DNA of 64,000 bases from Octopus vulgaris (GCA_951406725.2 OX597830.1:25792001-25856000), one strand, 5' to 3'. Positions 27,876-42,540 are shown, counted from the stretch's first letter. The notes: generated from the letters alone by a model not told the origin. Program-made: numbers and translations.

Positions 27876-29227
27876 CTGTTATGAGAGTCATGTTCTGTCG
27901 CCACCATTACTGCAGACATATTGAAACGAATTTTTCCATTGAAAATAGAAACAAATAGCACTTAATAAATCTATTTCCCCCCTAAATGGGGAAGCTGTAT
28001 AACAATTACACAGCTTCTATAATGGAAATAAAATAAACTGCACTGATCGAGCCTACTTCAGAGAAGACAAATATATCAATATATTATATAACAAGGGAAA
28101 CAGGAACTCCTTCATCGCACAACTTTTATGAGGTAAAACAAAAAAAACCTACCATCACCGCCGCCGTCATCATAGTCGTCGTCATCATCATCGTCGTCGT
28201 CGTCAACAACAAAAGCTGGTTTCCAATTTTATCACAAGGCCATCAGTTTTGAGAGGAGGGAGAATTAGTTGATTACTGTCATCCCCCAGTACTTCAGTGG
28301 TACCCTGGAAGGATGTAACACGAAGTTGGCCTTAGCAGGATTTGAACCCAGAATGTAAAAGGGCTGGAATAAATACAGCCTGTCGATCAATCCCTTGACC
28401 TTAATCCTTTGTATTATAGGCACAAGATCTGAGGGGAGGGGGAAAGTCGATTACATCGACCTCAGTGTTTCACTAGTAATTAATTTATCGACCCCGAAAG
28501 GATGAAAGGCAAAGTCGGCCTCGGCGAAATTTCAACTCAGAACGTAACGGCAGACGAAATACCTATTTCTTTACTACCCACAAGGGGCTACACACAGAGA
28601 GGATAAACAACGACAGACAAACGGATTAAGTCGATTATATCGCCCCCAGTGTGTAACAGGTACTTATTTAATCAACCCCGAAAGGATGAAAGGCAAAGTC
28701 GACCTCGGCGGAATTTGAACTCAGAACGTTAAGACAGATGAAATACCGCTAAGCATTTCGTCCAGCGTGCTAAGGTTTCTGCCACCAGTTTGCCGCCTCA
28801 GTAGTAATAGTAGAAGTGATGATAATTATTTCAAATTTTGGCACAGGGCCAGCAATTTGGGAGGAGGAAGTACACACACACACACACACACATATAGGCA
28901 CACACACACATAGGCACACACACATATAAACGATGGGCTTCTTCCATTTTCCGTCTACTAAATCCACTCACAAGCTTTGGTTGACCTGAGGCTATAGTTG
29001 AAGACACTTGTCCAAGGTGCCGCTCAGTGAGACTGAACCCAGAAACGTGGTTCAGAAGCAAGTTTCTTACCGTTCAAATATGATTTAACAAAACAAGGTA
29101 AATAATAGTTTAAGTAGTTCCTATCATTGAAATCCGGCCATCATGGAGCACTGCCCCGCAGGGTTAGTCGAACAATTCGACCCCTCTTTGTATTTTAAGT
29201 CTGGCACTTTTACTCCCAGTTTTTCAA

Positions 29228-29259
<32 letters not shown>

Positions 29260-29637
29260 AAACACCGACATACACACACACTCACATGTGCACACACACA
29301 CACACACTTACACACGCATTCACAGACACAAACATACTCTAACACGCACACACACAGTCACACACTCATACAAACAAATACACACACACACGCGTGTACA
29401 AACATACTCTGACATGCACACACTCACACAAACACACACACACACTCACACAAACACCCACATACACACACACTCACATGTGCACACACACACACACACA
29501 CACACGCGCACAAATATACCCCGACACGCACAATCACATACCTTCCACACACATTTAGATATGAGCTGAAAAATTCCTGGCTCTGGGTAAAATAAAATAC
29601 TGAAGAATCACTTAATTATAATTTTAATCAACATATA

Positions 29638-30026
29638 GGCGCAGGAGTGGCTGTGTGGTAAGTAGCTTGCTAACCAACCACATGGTTCCGGGTTCAGTCC
29701 CACTGCGTGGCATCTTGGGCAAGTGTCTTCTGCTATAGCCCCGGGCCGACCAATGCCTTGAGTGTATTTGGTAGACGGAAACTGAAAGAAGCCTGTCGTA
29801 TAAAAGTGTGTGGGTTTGTGTGTCTGTGTTTGTCCCCCTAGCATTGCTTCACAACCGATGCTGGTGTGTTTACGTCTCCGTAACTTAGCGGTTCGGCAAA
29901 AGAGACCGATAGAATAAGTACTGGGCTTACAAAGAATAAGTCCCGGGGTCGATTTGCTCGACTAAAGGCGGTGCTCCAGCATGGCCGCAGTCAAATGACT
30001 GAAACAAGTAAAAGAGTAAAAGAGTA
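29638..30026 (+). mobile_element. Full-length SINE family A copy
   Basis: Complete head through the GGCGGTGCTCCAGCATGGCCGCAGTCAAATGACTGAAACAAGTAAAAGAGTAAAAGAG tail. Confidence 0.9.
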
Positions 30027-30990
30027 TATTCCTTTCTCAGATTCACATACAGCATAAACTTAAGGCCTTGTGCCTCCAGTACAAAGGATTATCGTTATTT
30101 TTATTAATTTTTTTCTACTCAAGGCCCGAAATTTTGGGGGAAGGGACCAGTCGATTAGATCGACTCCAGTACGTAACTGCTACTCAATTTATCGACTCTG
30201 GAAGGATGAAAGGCAAAGTCGATAAATTCCGCCGAGGTCGACTTTGCCTTTCATCCTTTCGGGGTCGACTAAATAAGTACCAGTTGCGTACTGGGGTAGA
30301 TATAATCGACTTAATCCGTTTGTCTGTCCTTGTTTGTCCTCTCTGTGTGTAGCCCCTTGTGGGTAGTAAAGAAATAGGTATTTCGTCTACCGCTACGTTC
30401 TCAGTTCAAATTCCGCAGAGGTCGACTTTGCCTTTCATCCTTTCGGGGTCGATTAAATAAGTACCAGTTACGCACTGTGGTCGATATAACGCAGATAGAG
30501 ATATCGACCATCACCTGTGGTAGTAGACTGTGTAGTGCGATGTTAGTCTTATTACTGTGAGAAAGAAACTGAAGAAGACGTGGCTTCTGTCATGGCTTCC
30601 ATTTGACACACAAATGAATCATTCTCGCAATAGAAAATAATTGATAGGGGAGACAACTCATGAGATATTGTAAACAGAATACTTCCCCTTGGTATGTTAT
30701 TTTTTTTTTCACTTGCCTTGTTTTTTCTTCTGCTGAGTTATTCGACACGCATTCTGGAACGCTGTTTACTCGTTCTTTATATATACTGTACAACCCCCCC
30801 CCACACACATACAAATCTCTGCTAATTAAAGTCATTTCCGTGTTCACGAAGTTAAGAATACTATGCCCACTTCACTATGTACATTGACAATCGGTCAAAC
30901 GACTAGACCAGTCGTTCTCGAGCATTTTTTTTTACCTATAAATCATTTTGATTTATATCTTACTCAACTGGACCTCCATAGACATTCAAT

Positions 30991-31048
<58 letters not shown>

Positions 31049-31090
31049 AGAACAATCTTACTTAGAAATGGATGCGTGCGTTCCGTCATA

Positions 31091-31529
31091 TAATAAAACA
31101 TGCATATATACATACATATATATACGTACCTACCTCTACATGTATATATACATGCATATATGGGAACAGGACACCAAAAAAAATACGCCGAACACAATGA
31201 GAAACGAAAACATAAACACAAAACCAAGGAACTGGACATTTTTCTTAAACAACGAAAAAATAGAGTACAGGTCAAGTAACACAAAGACAATTCCCCTTCT
31301 TCAGTCACCATGGTTTCATCTCTCTGCGCAGAGTAGATGTGTTATTTTTCCTGTACTCTATTTTTTTGTTGTTTAAGAAAAATGTCCAGTTCCTTGGTTT
31401 TTGTGTTTATGTTTTCGTTTCTCATTATGTTCGACGTTTTTTTGGTGTCCTGTACGCATATATGCATGTATATATACATGTAGAGGTAGGTACGTACATA
31501 TATGTATGTATAAATGCATATGTTTTATT
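31091..31529. repeat. Fold-back inverted repeat (about 180-bp arms) between (TA)n tracts
   Basis: 31091-31271 is the reverse complement of 31350-31529; spacer carries CTGAAGA on the minus strand. Confidence 0.85.
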
Positions 31530-31531
31530 TA

Positions 31532-31582
<51 letters not shown>

Positions 31583-32000
31583 CTTACTGTATTTTTGTAA
31601 TACAACTTTAAAAAGAATTTTAAATATGCATATTGTAGAACTATAAGCAGTTGATAGCAGATAAATTTTAACAACAAAACCTTATATGGACCCCTAAGGG
31701 CCATATGGAGTCCAGTTAAGAACCATTGGACTTGATAGTGAAACATAGATAGAGATCCAGAGTTCATGATATTACGCATCCTTACTTGTTTGAAGGCCAA
31801 ACTTCTCATGCACACGTGTACATATTTTTAACCCTTAAAGGAGTCCTGATTCTCGAGGTCTGTGGTCAAACATATCTAGCCATGAACACGCCTTCACTTT
31901 TAGCAATATGGAGGACTACAGGATGTAGTATAATCCTTTATTATACAAGAAAGTAGTGTGAATTTAGGGTAGATTGGACTACCACTTTACATATATATGT

Positions 32001-32493
<493 letters not shown>

Positions 32494-32699
32494 TATATAT
32501 ATATATATTATGTATGCATAAACACACATATATATATGATGGACTCTCCCGTCGGTCTCGACGTATGGGGATCCAGCAACCTACACTTTCATTGTCAGTC
32601 GTAATGTTTAAGTCTCGCCAACGCTTTACAAAGAAGCCCGGCCCGCAGTTGTTGTCAGTATGCGGAGTACGGGTTAGTGCAGGTGGTATATTTACGTGA

Positions 32700-33889
32700 C
32701 TTTTTGACATAGTCTACTCATTTTCGATGTTCTACTTTCAGCGATCCATAAGCTTGATTATTCCATCGAAGGAGGTTTTCAGTTGACTGCGCAGCCATTT
32801 CTGTAACACTTCCTTCACTTCTTCGTCCGTAACAAATCGACAACCTTGCAAAGGATATTTGGGCGGTCCAAAGAAGTGATAATCGGAAGGGGGGTGAGAT
32901 CTGAATTATGCACCGTGTTTCAGCAACTTGATTCTCAATTTTTCGATGGTTTCAGCATTATTGGCAGCCGTAAGTGGATGTGCATTGTCGTGCGGCATTA
33001 ACACTTGATTTGACAATAAACCCCGGCGTTTAGTGCGAATTGTTGATTTCAGTTTGTTCGCCAGCATTTCATTATAGCCTACACTAGTGACATTAGACCC
33101 CTTTTCTAGGTAATGTTCCAGTATAAGCCCTTTTGCGCACCAAAACGGTTAGCGTGGCATTTTCTGTAGAAGGTTGTGTATTGAATTTGTTTTTCGCTGG
33201 TGATTCTGGTGTTTCTACTCAATACTCTGCCTTATGGATTCTGGCTCAAACTGATGGAGCCAGGTCTCATCTCCTATGACTATGGTCTCTAAAAAAAAAA
33301 AATGCCATCATCGTGGTTGAGTAAGTGTTGACCGATCTTCACACGATTGTACTTACGCGCTTTGATAAGCTCTCTTGGAATCCATCTCGCACAGACATTA
33401 TGGAAGCAAATCTTGTGGATAATTTCATGTGCAGAACCATGATTGATTTGCAGAGAACATGCCACCTCATTGATGGCCACTCATCAGTTTTTCAGAACCA
33501 CCACCCGAGCTTGTTGAATCTTCACGTCAGTGGTAGAGGTTGACAGGCGTCCTGTTCCTTTTCTGTGCTTCATGCTTGTCTGGTCATGTTTAAATTTCTC
33601 AATCTACTCACACACAATTCTACATGGTAGAGCATTGTCTCAGCCTTTGATGAATTTCAGCACCTGACACACCTTCAGATCAGAGAAACCGGATCCCCGA
33701 TCTCTGTTCTTCCTTGCTGCACACTGTCAGCTTAGCAGCCATGTTTACCTTGTAACACCCCACCACACAAAAACAAACAAAAAATATTGTGTCAAACCTA
33801 ATCATAAAAATCCATCAGGATCCCTGAAAACGGTGTGGCCAATCGAAAGTTTTGGCAAAAGTGCGGATAACTTTCTACTTACTCCCGTA
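32700..33889 (-). mobile_element. Decayed mariner transposon
   Basis: Minus: ISHGS-like (INHGSAHEII), VCARWIPREL (WVPxxL), and SDYHFFGP..LQGCRFVTDEEVKE..WLR motifs; TIR-like TACGGGAGTAAGTAGAAAGTTATCCGCAC at 33889. Confidence 0.85.
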
Positions 33890-34439
33890 TGTATGTATGT
33901 ATGTATGTATGTATGTATGTATGTATGTATGTATGTATGTATGTATGTATGTATGTATGTATGTATGCAATCATATTTATTGTAGCCCAATATAGCTTTA
34001 GTATTTTAATTTATTTCTTTGAAGGTATCGTATTTAATTATCATCATAGCAGCCATGTAGCCAGCCGATTGCAACTGGGGGTGCTATCTTGATAGCTGGG
34101 GGTGCTGAACAGTAGTACGGACAAAAGCCCCTACTTAAAGTGTGAAAGTGGACAAAAGCCCCATGCTTATATTTTTCGGTTATTTTTTTCGTTTTTTTTT
34201 TTTTTTCACATTTCTTGACGCCTAACCTGGTCAAAACTTCTGATATATTTCGTTTTTATTTTCATTTTACTTGTTGCAATCATTAAACTGAGGCCATGCT
34301 GGAGCATCACCTCGAAGAATTTTTAGTCGAATGTATCGACTCCAATATTTTTTAAAATGATTTTCAACAAGCACATAGTTAAGCCTAAAAGGTCTTTCTA
34401 CATGCTAGAGATAACAGCCAAATCTTTAAAAATTATTTT

Positions 34440-35510
34440 TATATAATTTCAAATAAACATTGACCACGAGGCTGACAGTGTGTCTTCTCAACAATTCGAT
34501 GATTTCGTTTTGCATTGCTGCTGATGTGTAGATCGCATTTTTTGGAATCGTGCTGTAACATTCCATTATCTCTGAGTCTTTCTCTAATGTGTACTGGAAT
34601 AATTTCATAAAAAGACCACAAGGCTACGTATCATCTTCCGAATAAAGATCCTGAAAAACTTCATTTTCGTTTCCTCGAAAAGGCAATTCGTTTGCACAAA
34701 GAAAATGAACAATATCAACAATGGAACTGATATAATAACGGTTTTCGCTCAACTGATCATTCTGCAAAATTGAAGACACCGATGTTGTTGTGGATCGCGA
34801 TCCTTCCATGTTACCATAGCTTTGATATGGGATGCAGAGTTTGCGGGCTTATTTAAACCTTTGTTTTCTTTTTCTTTTGCATGATGCAAATTAGAATATC
34901 CATCTCTCTATATATAAACGGCAGTTTGTCTGTGAGTGTTTCTGTGTGTCTGTTTGCTTGTACCCTCACCCTGACCACGACTTTCAACCGATTCTGATGA
35001 AACTTGACACATACATAGCCCAATGTCATAATTCAAAACTAACGCAGCGAAAATTTTGAAAAGTTCCCCCAGTTCTGAAAAAGATCGATAAATTCGACAT
35101 GGGGTCGACAATCAGAAACACAAACCACAGATGGTCTAGGGGACGCAACTCCACCTTTTTAACTATCAAAAAAAATTTACCATTATTTTTTTTCCCATTT
35201 TTTTTGCTATTTTTTGGCTATAACTCTCTAAAAATGCTTTATAGTTATTTCCCTTACAAACCCGAGCAACGCCGGGCGATACTGCTAGTTTTTAATAAAA
35301 GAAATATCAGCTTGAGCAGAAGTATTAAAGTGCCGACAATCAAAACAAAACCAGGCTTTCTTTGAAAGAGAATACTCTAACCATAAACGACCAATTTGAC
35401 CAGCTTGACGAGAAGTCACGTCTCTGATTTCCATAAATTTTTTGGATCAAACTTGGCTAGAACTGTCTGCACTAGTTAGCAGTCGACCTGTCCTAGATCA
35501 TCCAATGAGG
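34440..35510 (-). mobile_element. hAT transposase pseudogene (TTF-type zinc finger plus DUF4371-like region), split by a Helitron
   Basis: WLEYSLSKKAWFCFDCRHF; ADISFIKNGYSN across the Helitron; VHFLCANELPFRG; YTSAAMQNEIIE. Confidence 0.8.
34903..35288 (+). mobile_element. Non-autonomous Helitron inserted in the hAT transposase
   Basis: A|TC...hairpin...CTAG|T, no TSD; removing it restores the hAT reading frame. Confidence 0.9.
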
Positions 35511-35860
35511 ATGTCAAAGACTTTGCAAGACCTCCCTTGAGCTGCGAAACTTCGTACACCAGTATATACGAGGGTAAATAGATATACAGAATACAGTGAA
35601 TAACTTTCTCACAGGTTCGAATATGTTTTAAGCATATTTAAACTGGTGATAAATTTGTATTGGTACACATCACTGCTTATCGCTGTCACTCTTCATATTG
35701 TATTTAGACTAAATTATCTAAATATTCTTATAAAATCCTTTCTGATTATGTCCATAGAATTGCCGTTCATATTGTATAAGATTTTTAAGTAGATTTACCC
35801 GCACAACCGAAGACAATGCGGAGTGTTGCAATTTCTTAGGGTATCAAAGATAAACGATCA

Positions 35861-36253
35861 AGCGCAGGTGTAGCTGTGTAGTAAAAATCTTGCTTTCCAA
35901 CCACATGGTTCCAGATTCAGTCCCATTGTGTGGAACCTTGGGCAAGTGTCTTCTACTATGGCTTCAGGCCGACTAAAGCCTTGTGAGTGGATTTGGTAGA
36001 CGGAAACTGAAAGAAGCCCGTCGTATGTATGTATATATTTATAAATTTTTGTGTGTGTTTGTCCCCCCAACATCGCTTGACAACCGATGCTGGTGTGTTT
36101 ACGTTCCCGTAACTTAGCGGTTCGGCAAAAGAGACTGATAGAATAATTACTAGTCTTACAAAGAATAAGTCCTGGGTTCGATTTTCCCGACTAAAGGCGG
36201 TGCTCCAACATGGCACTTGTCAAATGGCTGAAATAAGCAAAAGAATAAGGGAA
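35861..36253 (+). mobile_element. SINE family A copy
   Basis: Head, internal repeat and tail match 29638-30026. Confidence 0.85.
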
Positions 36254-37675
36254 TACCTCATTGGCTCTAATATAGCTCAATATGGAAATATTAAACTAAG
36301 AGTTATCTTTCTTTTTGACCCCAGCAAGGCTCGGCACTGTGTAAAAGAAATTTTCTAATCATTCTTTAAAATCTTGGCGGCTCTATCCATATCTGTTTAG
36401 GAGCGTAGGCTGGAAATATCAAACACTTCTCCATTCTTCCCAAACGTCAAACTAGTATACCATCTTGTTCCTTTATGTGTCTTTGTCCTTCGTTTTCTGT
36501 ACATTTGAACCATATACATACATACATGCATGCATGCATATATACATACATACATACCTACATACATACATACATACATACATACATACATACATACATA
36601 CATACATACATACATACATACATACATAAATACATGCATACATACATACATACATACATACATACATAGACATATGTACATATATGAATACACACACGCG
36701 CGCGCACATATATATATCTTAACCCAAATCCCTCTTCAAGCTCACTCAGGAAATTCTGAATCTTCAAAAGAGTTGTGTGGCCATGATACATCGGGTGACC
36801 ACGACACTCCTTGATATTGCTGAATAAAACAGAACTCACCACCAACACTTTCAAAGATCGTTGCTACGGGCATCTCCACTTAATTTTAAATAATTGAATA
36901 GAATTTAATGCAATTAAAAAAATTCACTATATTTTGGATAAATTACTTAAACAATATTCTAAAGATATTGATTCACTAAGAATTCTTGCATTGAAACAAT
37001 TTAGAAGTATTTTTCAATTTCAGATTAAATTTCGGAAAATAATAGACAAATAAATTTAGAACATAACAAAAAACTTTAATCTTGCGTTTTTTTAGATATA
37101 TTTTTTTATTCAAAATATAATTACTCTAAATGAATTATGTTTCTAATTAGTAACTGATATTCCTCAATTTTAATGAATTTCAGTTATTTTTTAATTAAAT
37201 ACATAATTTCCCCCTCTTCTTTTTTGAAACTATCAGGAAAAGTTGCTGAAAATAATGTAACGCTTTGCAAAATTTCAGTTAATTGGCCTTCATCTTAGAC
37301 ATGCATACTTACAACCTCTAAATTAATCAGTCGAAATATAGCTAAATAAGTGTTTGTGTAAGCCTGTATTTCTGAGAGCATGCGTGTGTGAAAGTAAGTT
37401 AAACATTCGTGCATCGACTTGTGGAAAGATACAACGATGCGTATATATAAATGTATGTACGCCTAGTGTATGTCTCTATGTATTTCGTACGTATGAATGT
37501 ATGCCTTCATATATGTGTGTGTGTATGCGTGTATATATATATGAGTTCAGCAAAAATTTAGATTCAGATGAATATGGTACTTAAGTTAAAGGGACCAGAA
37601 TTTGGTATGGTATTATCCATATAAATCAAGTGGGGTGATTATAATCAAAATAAGCAACAAGGATATCCAAAGGTA

Positions 37676-37765
37676 ATGTTGTACAATTGTTTCATGCTAC
37701 TTCATTTAACTAAACAATGCAAGTATTACATCAGTTTTAAAATGTAGAGCAATCTTCAGCCACAT
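37676..37765 (-). ncRNA. Hammerhead-like motif with intact core and long helix II, probable PLE end
   Basis: Minus: atgtgg-CTGAAGA-T-TGCT...AGCA-T-GAAAC-AATT-GTA-caacat; palindromic helix III ACAATTGT; related element end at 19577-19692. Confidence 0.55.
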
Positions 37766-38020
37766 ATGGAATTTAAAAAAAAATTAAATTGACAATGTTC
37801 ATTTTTATACTTATTCCATTTGCCAGCATTACAAAGAGGGTAGGTATATAGACATATATATATATATATAATATATATATAATTAAATAAGGGTAGAAAT
37901 TGATATTAATCGATTAAAACGAAGATTAAAAATTTTATACATACAAAATTTAGAGGAATGACCACTAATAGTAGACAGCCTGTATGCTAGATATAGACGT
38001 CAAACTCGAAGAATTTACCA

Positions 38021-38210
38021 CGAAGAATGTGTTCTCAAGAAAAAATTCAGCAAAAACCAAAGTTTGAAAATAAGACAAATGAAAATATACGAAAATAAAA
38101 ACCATTACCTACGTACTAATTAGTTTCGTTTTTTATTTTCGTATATTTTCATTTGTCTTATTTTCAAACTTTGGTTTTTGCTGAATTTTTTCTTGAGAAC
38201 ACATTCTTCG
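38021..38210. repeat. Near-perfect inverted repeat, about 82-bp arms
   Basis: 38021-38102 versus 38128-38210. Confidence 0.9.
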
Positions 38211-38382
38211 GGGGCAATACACTTCATTTCACGTTGCTCCAGTCCACTCAATTGGCAAAAATGAGTAAGGCTGCGATGGACTGGCGTCCCGTCCAGCTGG
38301 GGAACGCATACGCCATTGAAACCGGGAAACCGGGCCCATGAGCCTGGCTAGGCTTTGAAAGGGCGCATTTATTTATTTATTT
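38211..38382 (+). mobile_element. Headless SINE body with V-domain-like segment
   Basis: CTGCGATGGACTGGCGTCCCGTCCAG...GAAACCGGG, (ATTT)n tail; upstream core shared with family C. Confidence 0.55.
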
Positions 38383-38766
38383 GTAAAAAAAAAAAGGATG
38401 TTCATGGGAGAGGCTTCTTTCGTGATTGTCTTGCTCGATCAGAGCTTACATGAGTCTAAACAACCCTAACACGGATCCCGATTAAATACACTTACCTAGC
38501 TATTTATAGGTTTACCACAGATATTAATTGACATCAACAAAGCTTTCGACGGCGTTTCTCAATACCCACGTATATACATTACATTCAGAAGACCCACTTT
38601 AAAAAACAAAGCAATACAATACAATGTGTATTAAATGAATTTCACTGATATATTTAATTTCAATGTAAGGTGCTAATTTTTCAGCGTATAAGATTATATA
38701 TATTTCTACTAAACTCTTTGTTACTATGGTGCAGTTTATACTTCATTGATAATATATAAATATATA

Positions 38767-39619
38767 TACAGGATGCGACGGGTAAATTATCGCCACTTTA
38801 AATTTTTTATTTCGTGCATGTGCACCGTTTGTTTTCATTTTGTCGGCTACACAGTGTAGTAGGGTCAGTTGGGCACCGACTGTGAGAAAATCAGCACAAA
38901 GACGCAATTTACTCAGCCAGAAATTGGGAAACGACATGCTGTACTGCTTAGCATTTGCGCCAGAAGCTTCAATACGAACATTTCAGAGTGTTTGGGTGTC
39001 AATCTGAGGACATATACCGAGAGTGATAAAGATCAAACCTCCAGTCAACATCATGGTGTTTGGAGTGATGACGATGTTATGCTTCCATTCATCTTCGAAC
39101 ACGGATTCGGACTCAACACGGAAGCCTACATCAAGTACCTGGAGGAATTAGTGCTGCCCTAGGTGAAGAGGCTAGCTGCTGGAAGACCCTATGTCTGGTA
39201 AGAGGACTTTGCACCATGTCACACAAGCTGGAGAACGCAGTCATGGCTGTCAAACAATTTCTGTGACCACATTACCCCTAACATCAGGCCAATTAACTCC
39301 CCAGATTGCACCCTCCCCTGTGTGGGACGCAGTTGAATGAGAAACCAACAAAACTCTTTGTAACACCAATGATGAACTGAAGGCAAGGATTATGACAGCA
39401 TTCACCAACTTAAACAAGGAGATCGTCCAGAAGAGTAACCGGAGATTCCGAAGTCGTCTGGAGGCCATTGTTGAAGCCAATGGTGATTTTATTGAATAAA
39501 TTTGCTCTTTAGTATTTCAAGATATTTTAAAAGTAATTTTGCTAAATATTTCTGTTAAAATGAGGTGTGATATTTTCCTTTTTGCGTAATTTAGACGACA
39601 GTTTGTTCACCGCACTATA
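38767..39619 (+). mobile_element. Internally deleted Tc1/mariner element, maT (DD37D)-like
   Basis: TA-flanked imperfect TIRs; PVNIMVFGV, LNTEAYIKYLEELVLP, VW*EDFAPCHT, NSPDC, FRSRLEAIVEANGDFIE. Confidence 0.8.
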
Positions 39620-41003
39620 AATATTGATAATATGTAAATATATATATTGATAATACATAAAAAGATCGAAATATGTGCAGGGTTTTATCCTTTGATTATC
39701 GGAATTATGGAAAGTTTTCCTTTTCCTCACCACATAAATATATCTGATTAAATATGTTACGTTCACTACGTAAAACGTATCAACAGTAACTCAAACCTCA
39801 TGCAGCCAAAGCTATGTAGTGTACAACGACAACATCACTACGATCTGTAATTTATGATTTAAGGGTCCAACCTAGCAACCATGCTTTTAAAATTATATCT
39901 GAAGAACCTTCTCCACAGCTTTTAATAAATGCATGCAACAATTTATAAATGTTATTTACTAGGATCACATGCATCCATAAGTATTTGTACAGTTCATTAT
40001 ATTCAACATCCCTCACAGGCCTTCCTGCACAAGCAGTTAGTTTCCAGTACTATAAATGGCTTTCTATCACCATGATAGGTAACCAGTATGTCTGCTAGAA
40101 ATAACAGTTTTTCTTATCGCTTCATCCAATTATTTTATGCAATTTGATATTATATTTAGAGCTTCGATTTAAAATATTTTTACATCGTGCTTTACCAACA
40201 ATAATCTAACCTGAGGCTGGTTATATGTTTAGTTTTTAACATTGGTTTTATTAAAAACTCTTACTGTTTTGTCATATTAGCATATTCTGTCGTATTAGCA
40301 ATTGTTTTGCGGTGGTTTTATCTTCTATCGAAAATAATAGTTTTTTTCCCATTGTTTCCATAAAGTTACTTCGTACATACGTGTGTGTTTTAAGCATATT
40401 GAAGATCCTGCGATTACACTAGCTTTTATAATTTTCTTTACTTCTGTGTATTGTTCTCTAAGTTGTTTCGTTTTATATTAAACTATTACGTAGTTTTCTG
40501 TTGAGTCTGTTTTGTTCTGAATTTGATTAAATATTTTAATTTACATTTCTAGAAAAATCATCTTCCACGAGCAACAATATTATTTCATCTCAAAAATACT
40601 TAATGAAATATAAAAAGATAAATACAAGTGCTACTTTAACGTGCGGTCTAACTCAATGCGAGAGAATTGAAAATAAAGGAAAAATTAAAACCGAAACGGA
40701 AAAAAAAAGATGCAATAACAAAGCAGTGTTTATAAATGATACACTCAAACTAAAACACACAAATTAGCGATTTTCTCTGTGGTTAAGAAAATCAGACAGG
40801 CTGTGCGGTTAAGAAGCTTGCTTTCTGATTACGCGTTTTCTGGTTTCAGTCTTACTTCGCGGCACTTTGAATGGATTCTATTATATCCTCGGGCCAACTA
40901 ATGTCTTGTGAGTGAATTTGGTAGGCGGAAACTACGTGGAAGCCCAAAGAATATATATATATATATATATGTATATACATACATACATATATACGTACAT
41001 ATG

Positions 41004-41055
<52 letters not shown>

Positions 41056-41062
<7 letters not shown>

Positions 41063-41261
41063 TATATAGAGGGCATTACTATACATAAATGCCACACGCT
41101 AGGGGGAACTCTTAAAGTAAAAACTACTAAAATAAATAAACGCATCATGCTTCGAGAGTTGCATTCGGTATGATGTGTTTATTTATTTTGGTAGTTTTGA
41201 CTTTCAGAGTCCCTCCTAGCGTGTGGCATTTATGTATAGTAATGTTCTCTATATAATATAA
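41056..41261. repeat. Inverted repeat, about 95-bp arms, adjacent to (TA)n
   Basis: 41056-41150 versus 41168-41261. Confidence 0.85.
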
Positions 41262-41417
41262 ATAAATATATTTAAGTGAAAAAATTGGTGGATTTTTTTC
41301 TCGTATGAGATTTTTCACGCTAATTACTTGATAAATTCTTATAAAGATTTTATCCTATTTTTAAATTATACATACATACATACATACATACATACATACA
41401 TACATACATACATACAC

Positions 41418-41514
<97 letters not shown>

Positions 41515-41595
41515 CATACAAACATACATACATATATAAATGAGAGGACAAACGAGAGAAAAGAGCATTCAACAGCACATTTAGTAGGAGTTACA

Positions 41596-41778
41596 TTATT
41601 TAAAACAGTTTGATTCCGTTCTATGTGACTTGAAGTTTCCCAGGCCTCCAGCAGAAGCCCGTCTCTTTTAGGCTATAGACTACCGATTCAGTACTCTGTA
41701 GCCTGAAATAGACGGGCATCTGTTAGAGGCCTGCGAAACTTTCAGTCGCATAGAACCTAATCAAACAGTTTTAAATAA
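41596..41778. mobile_element. Palindromic MITE-like hairpin element
   Basis: Whole element folds back (TTTAAAACAGTTTGATT...AATCAAACAGTTTTAAA); a partial second copy lies at 63071-63132. Confidence 0.75.
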
Positions 41779-42513
41779 ATAATATACACATATACATACA
41801 TGCATACATGCTTACATACATACATATATATATGTATTATGTATGTATATATATATATGTGCATATATATATAGATATACATACATAAATATATATACAT
41901 ATATTTATGTATGTGTGTATGTATGTATGTATGTATGTATGCATGTATGTGTGTGTGCATGTATCTGTGTCTGTGTATGTGTGTGTCTTTGAGGTAGCAT
42001 TTGAACCCCCCTCACACCGCTTGATAACTGGTGTTAGTTTGATTACGTTCCCATAACTACGCAGTTCTGCACCAGACTTTAAAAATAAATTTGATCGATT
42101 AAACTTTTTAAAGCGGTGCACCAGCATGGCCGCAGTCTAATGACTGAAACAAATAAAAGACAAAAAAAAAAAAAAAAAATTAAAAATCGCGCAAATCGAG
42201 GGACAATTGTACGGTGAATTCTCGTTTAACGTCATTTCTTTTAACGTCGTTTTCTTGTAACGTGAATGTGAAATAATATAAAAACCAACACTGTAGAAGA
42301 AAGAAGAAAAAAAAGCAAGCATTAAAAGTTTAAAAGATTAAATTATTGAAAAAAAAATCACCCCCCCCCACTTTCATAACTACCTTACCAGGGAAACAAA
42401 GAAAAGCAAAAAAAAAAAAAAAAATCAGCGGGTATTATGCAGCAGAAGATTGAACAGGGGTGTGTGTGGGTATGGCATGTTTAGCCATGCCTTGTGGAGA
42501 TGATTGCAAACAC

Positions 42514-42540
42514 GTTGCCGTGGAGACTAGCCATGGAGAC
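42514..42540. promoter_or_regulatory. Tandem RFX X-box-like motifs
   Basis: GTTGCCGTGGAGAC and CTAGCCATGGAGAC versus X-box GTTGCCATGG(C/A)(A/G)AC, in a unique, GC-richer island. Confidence 0.45.

Noticed and set aside
27561-27961. Extensin-like poly-Pro, poly-His and poly-Gly ORFs
   Set aside because: All frames are open because of (CCA)n; no splice sites or complex coding sequence identified.
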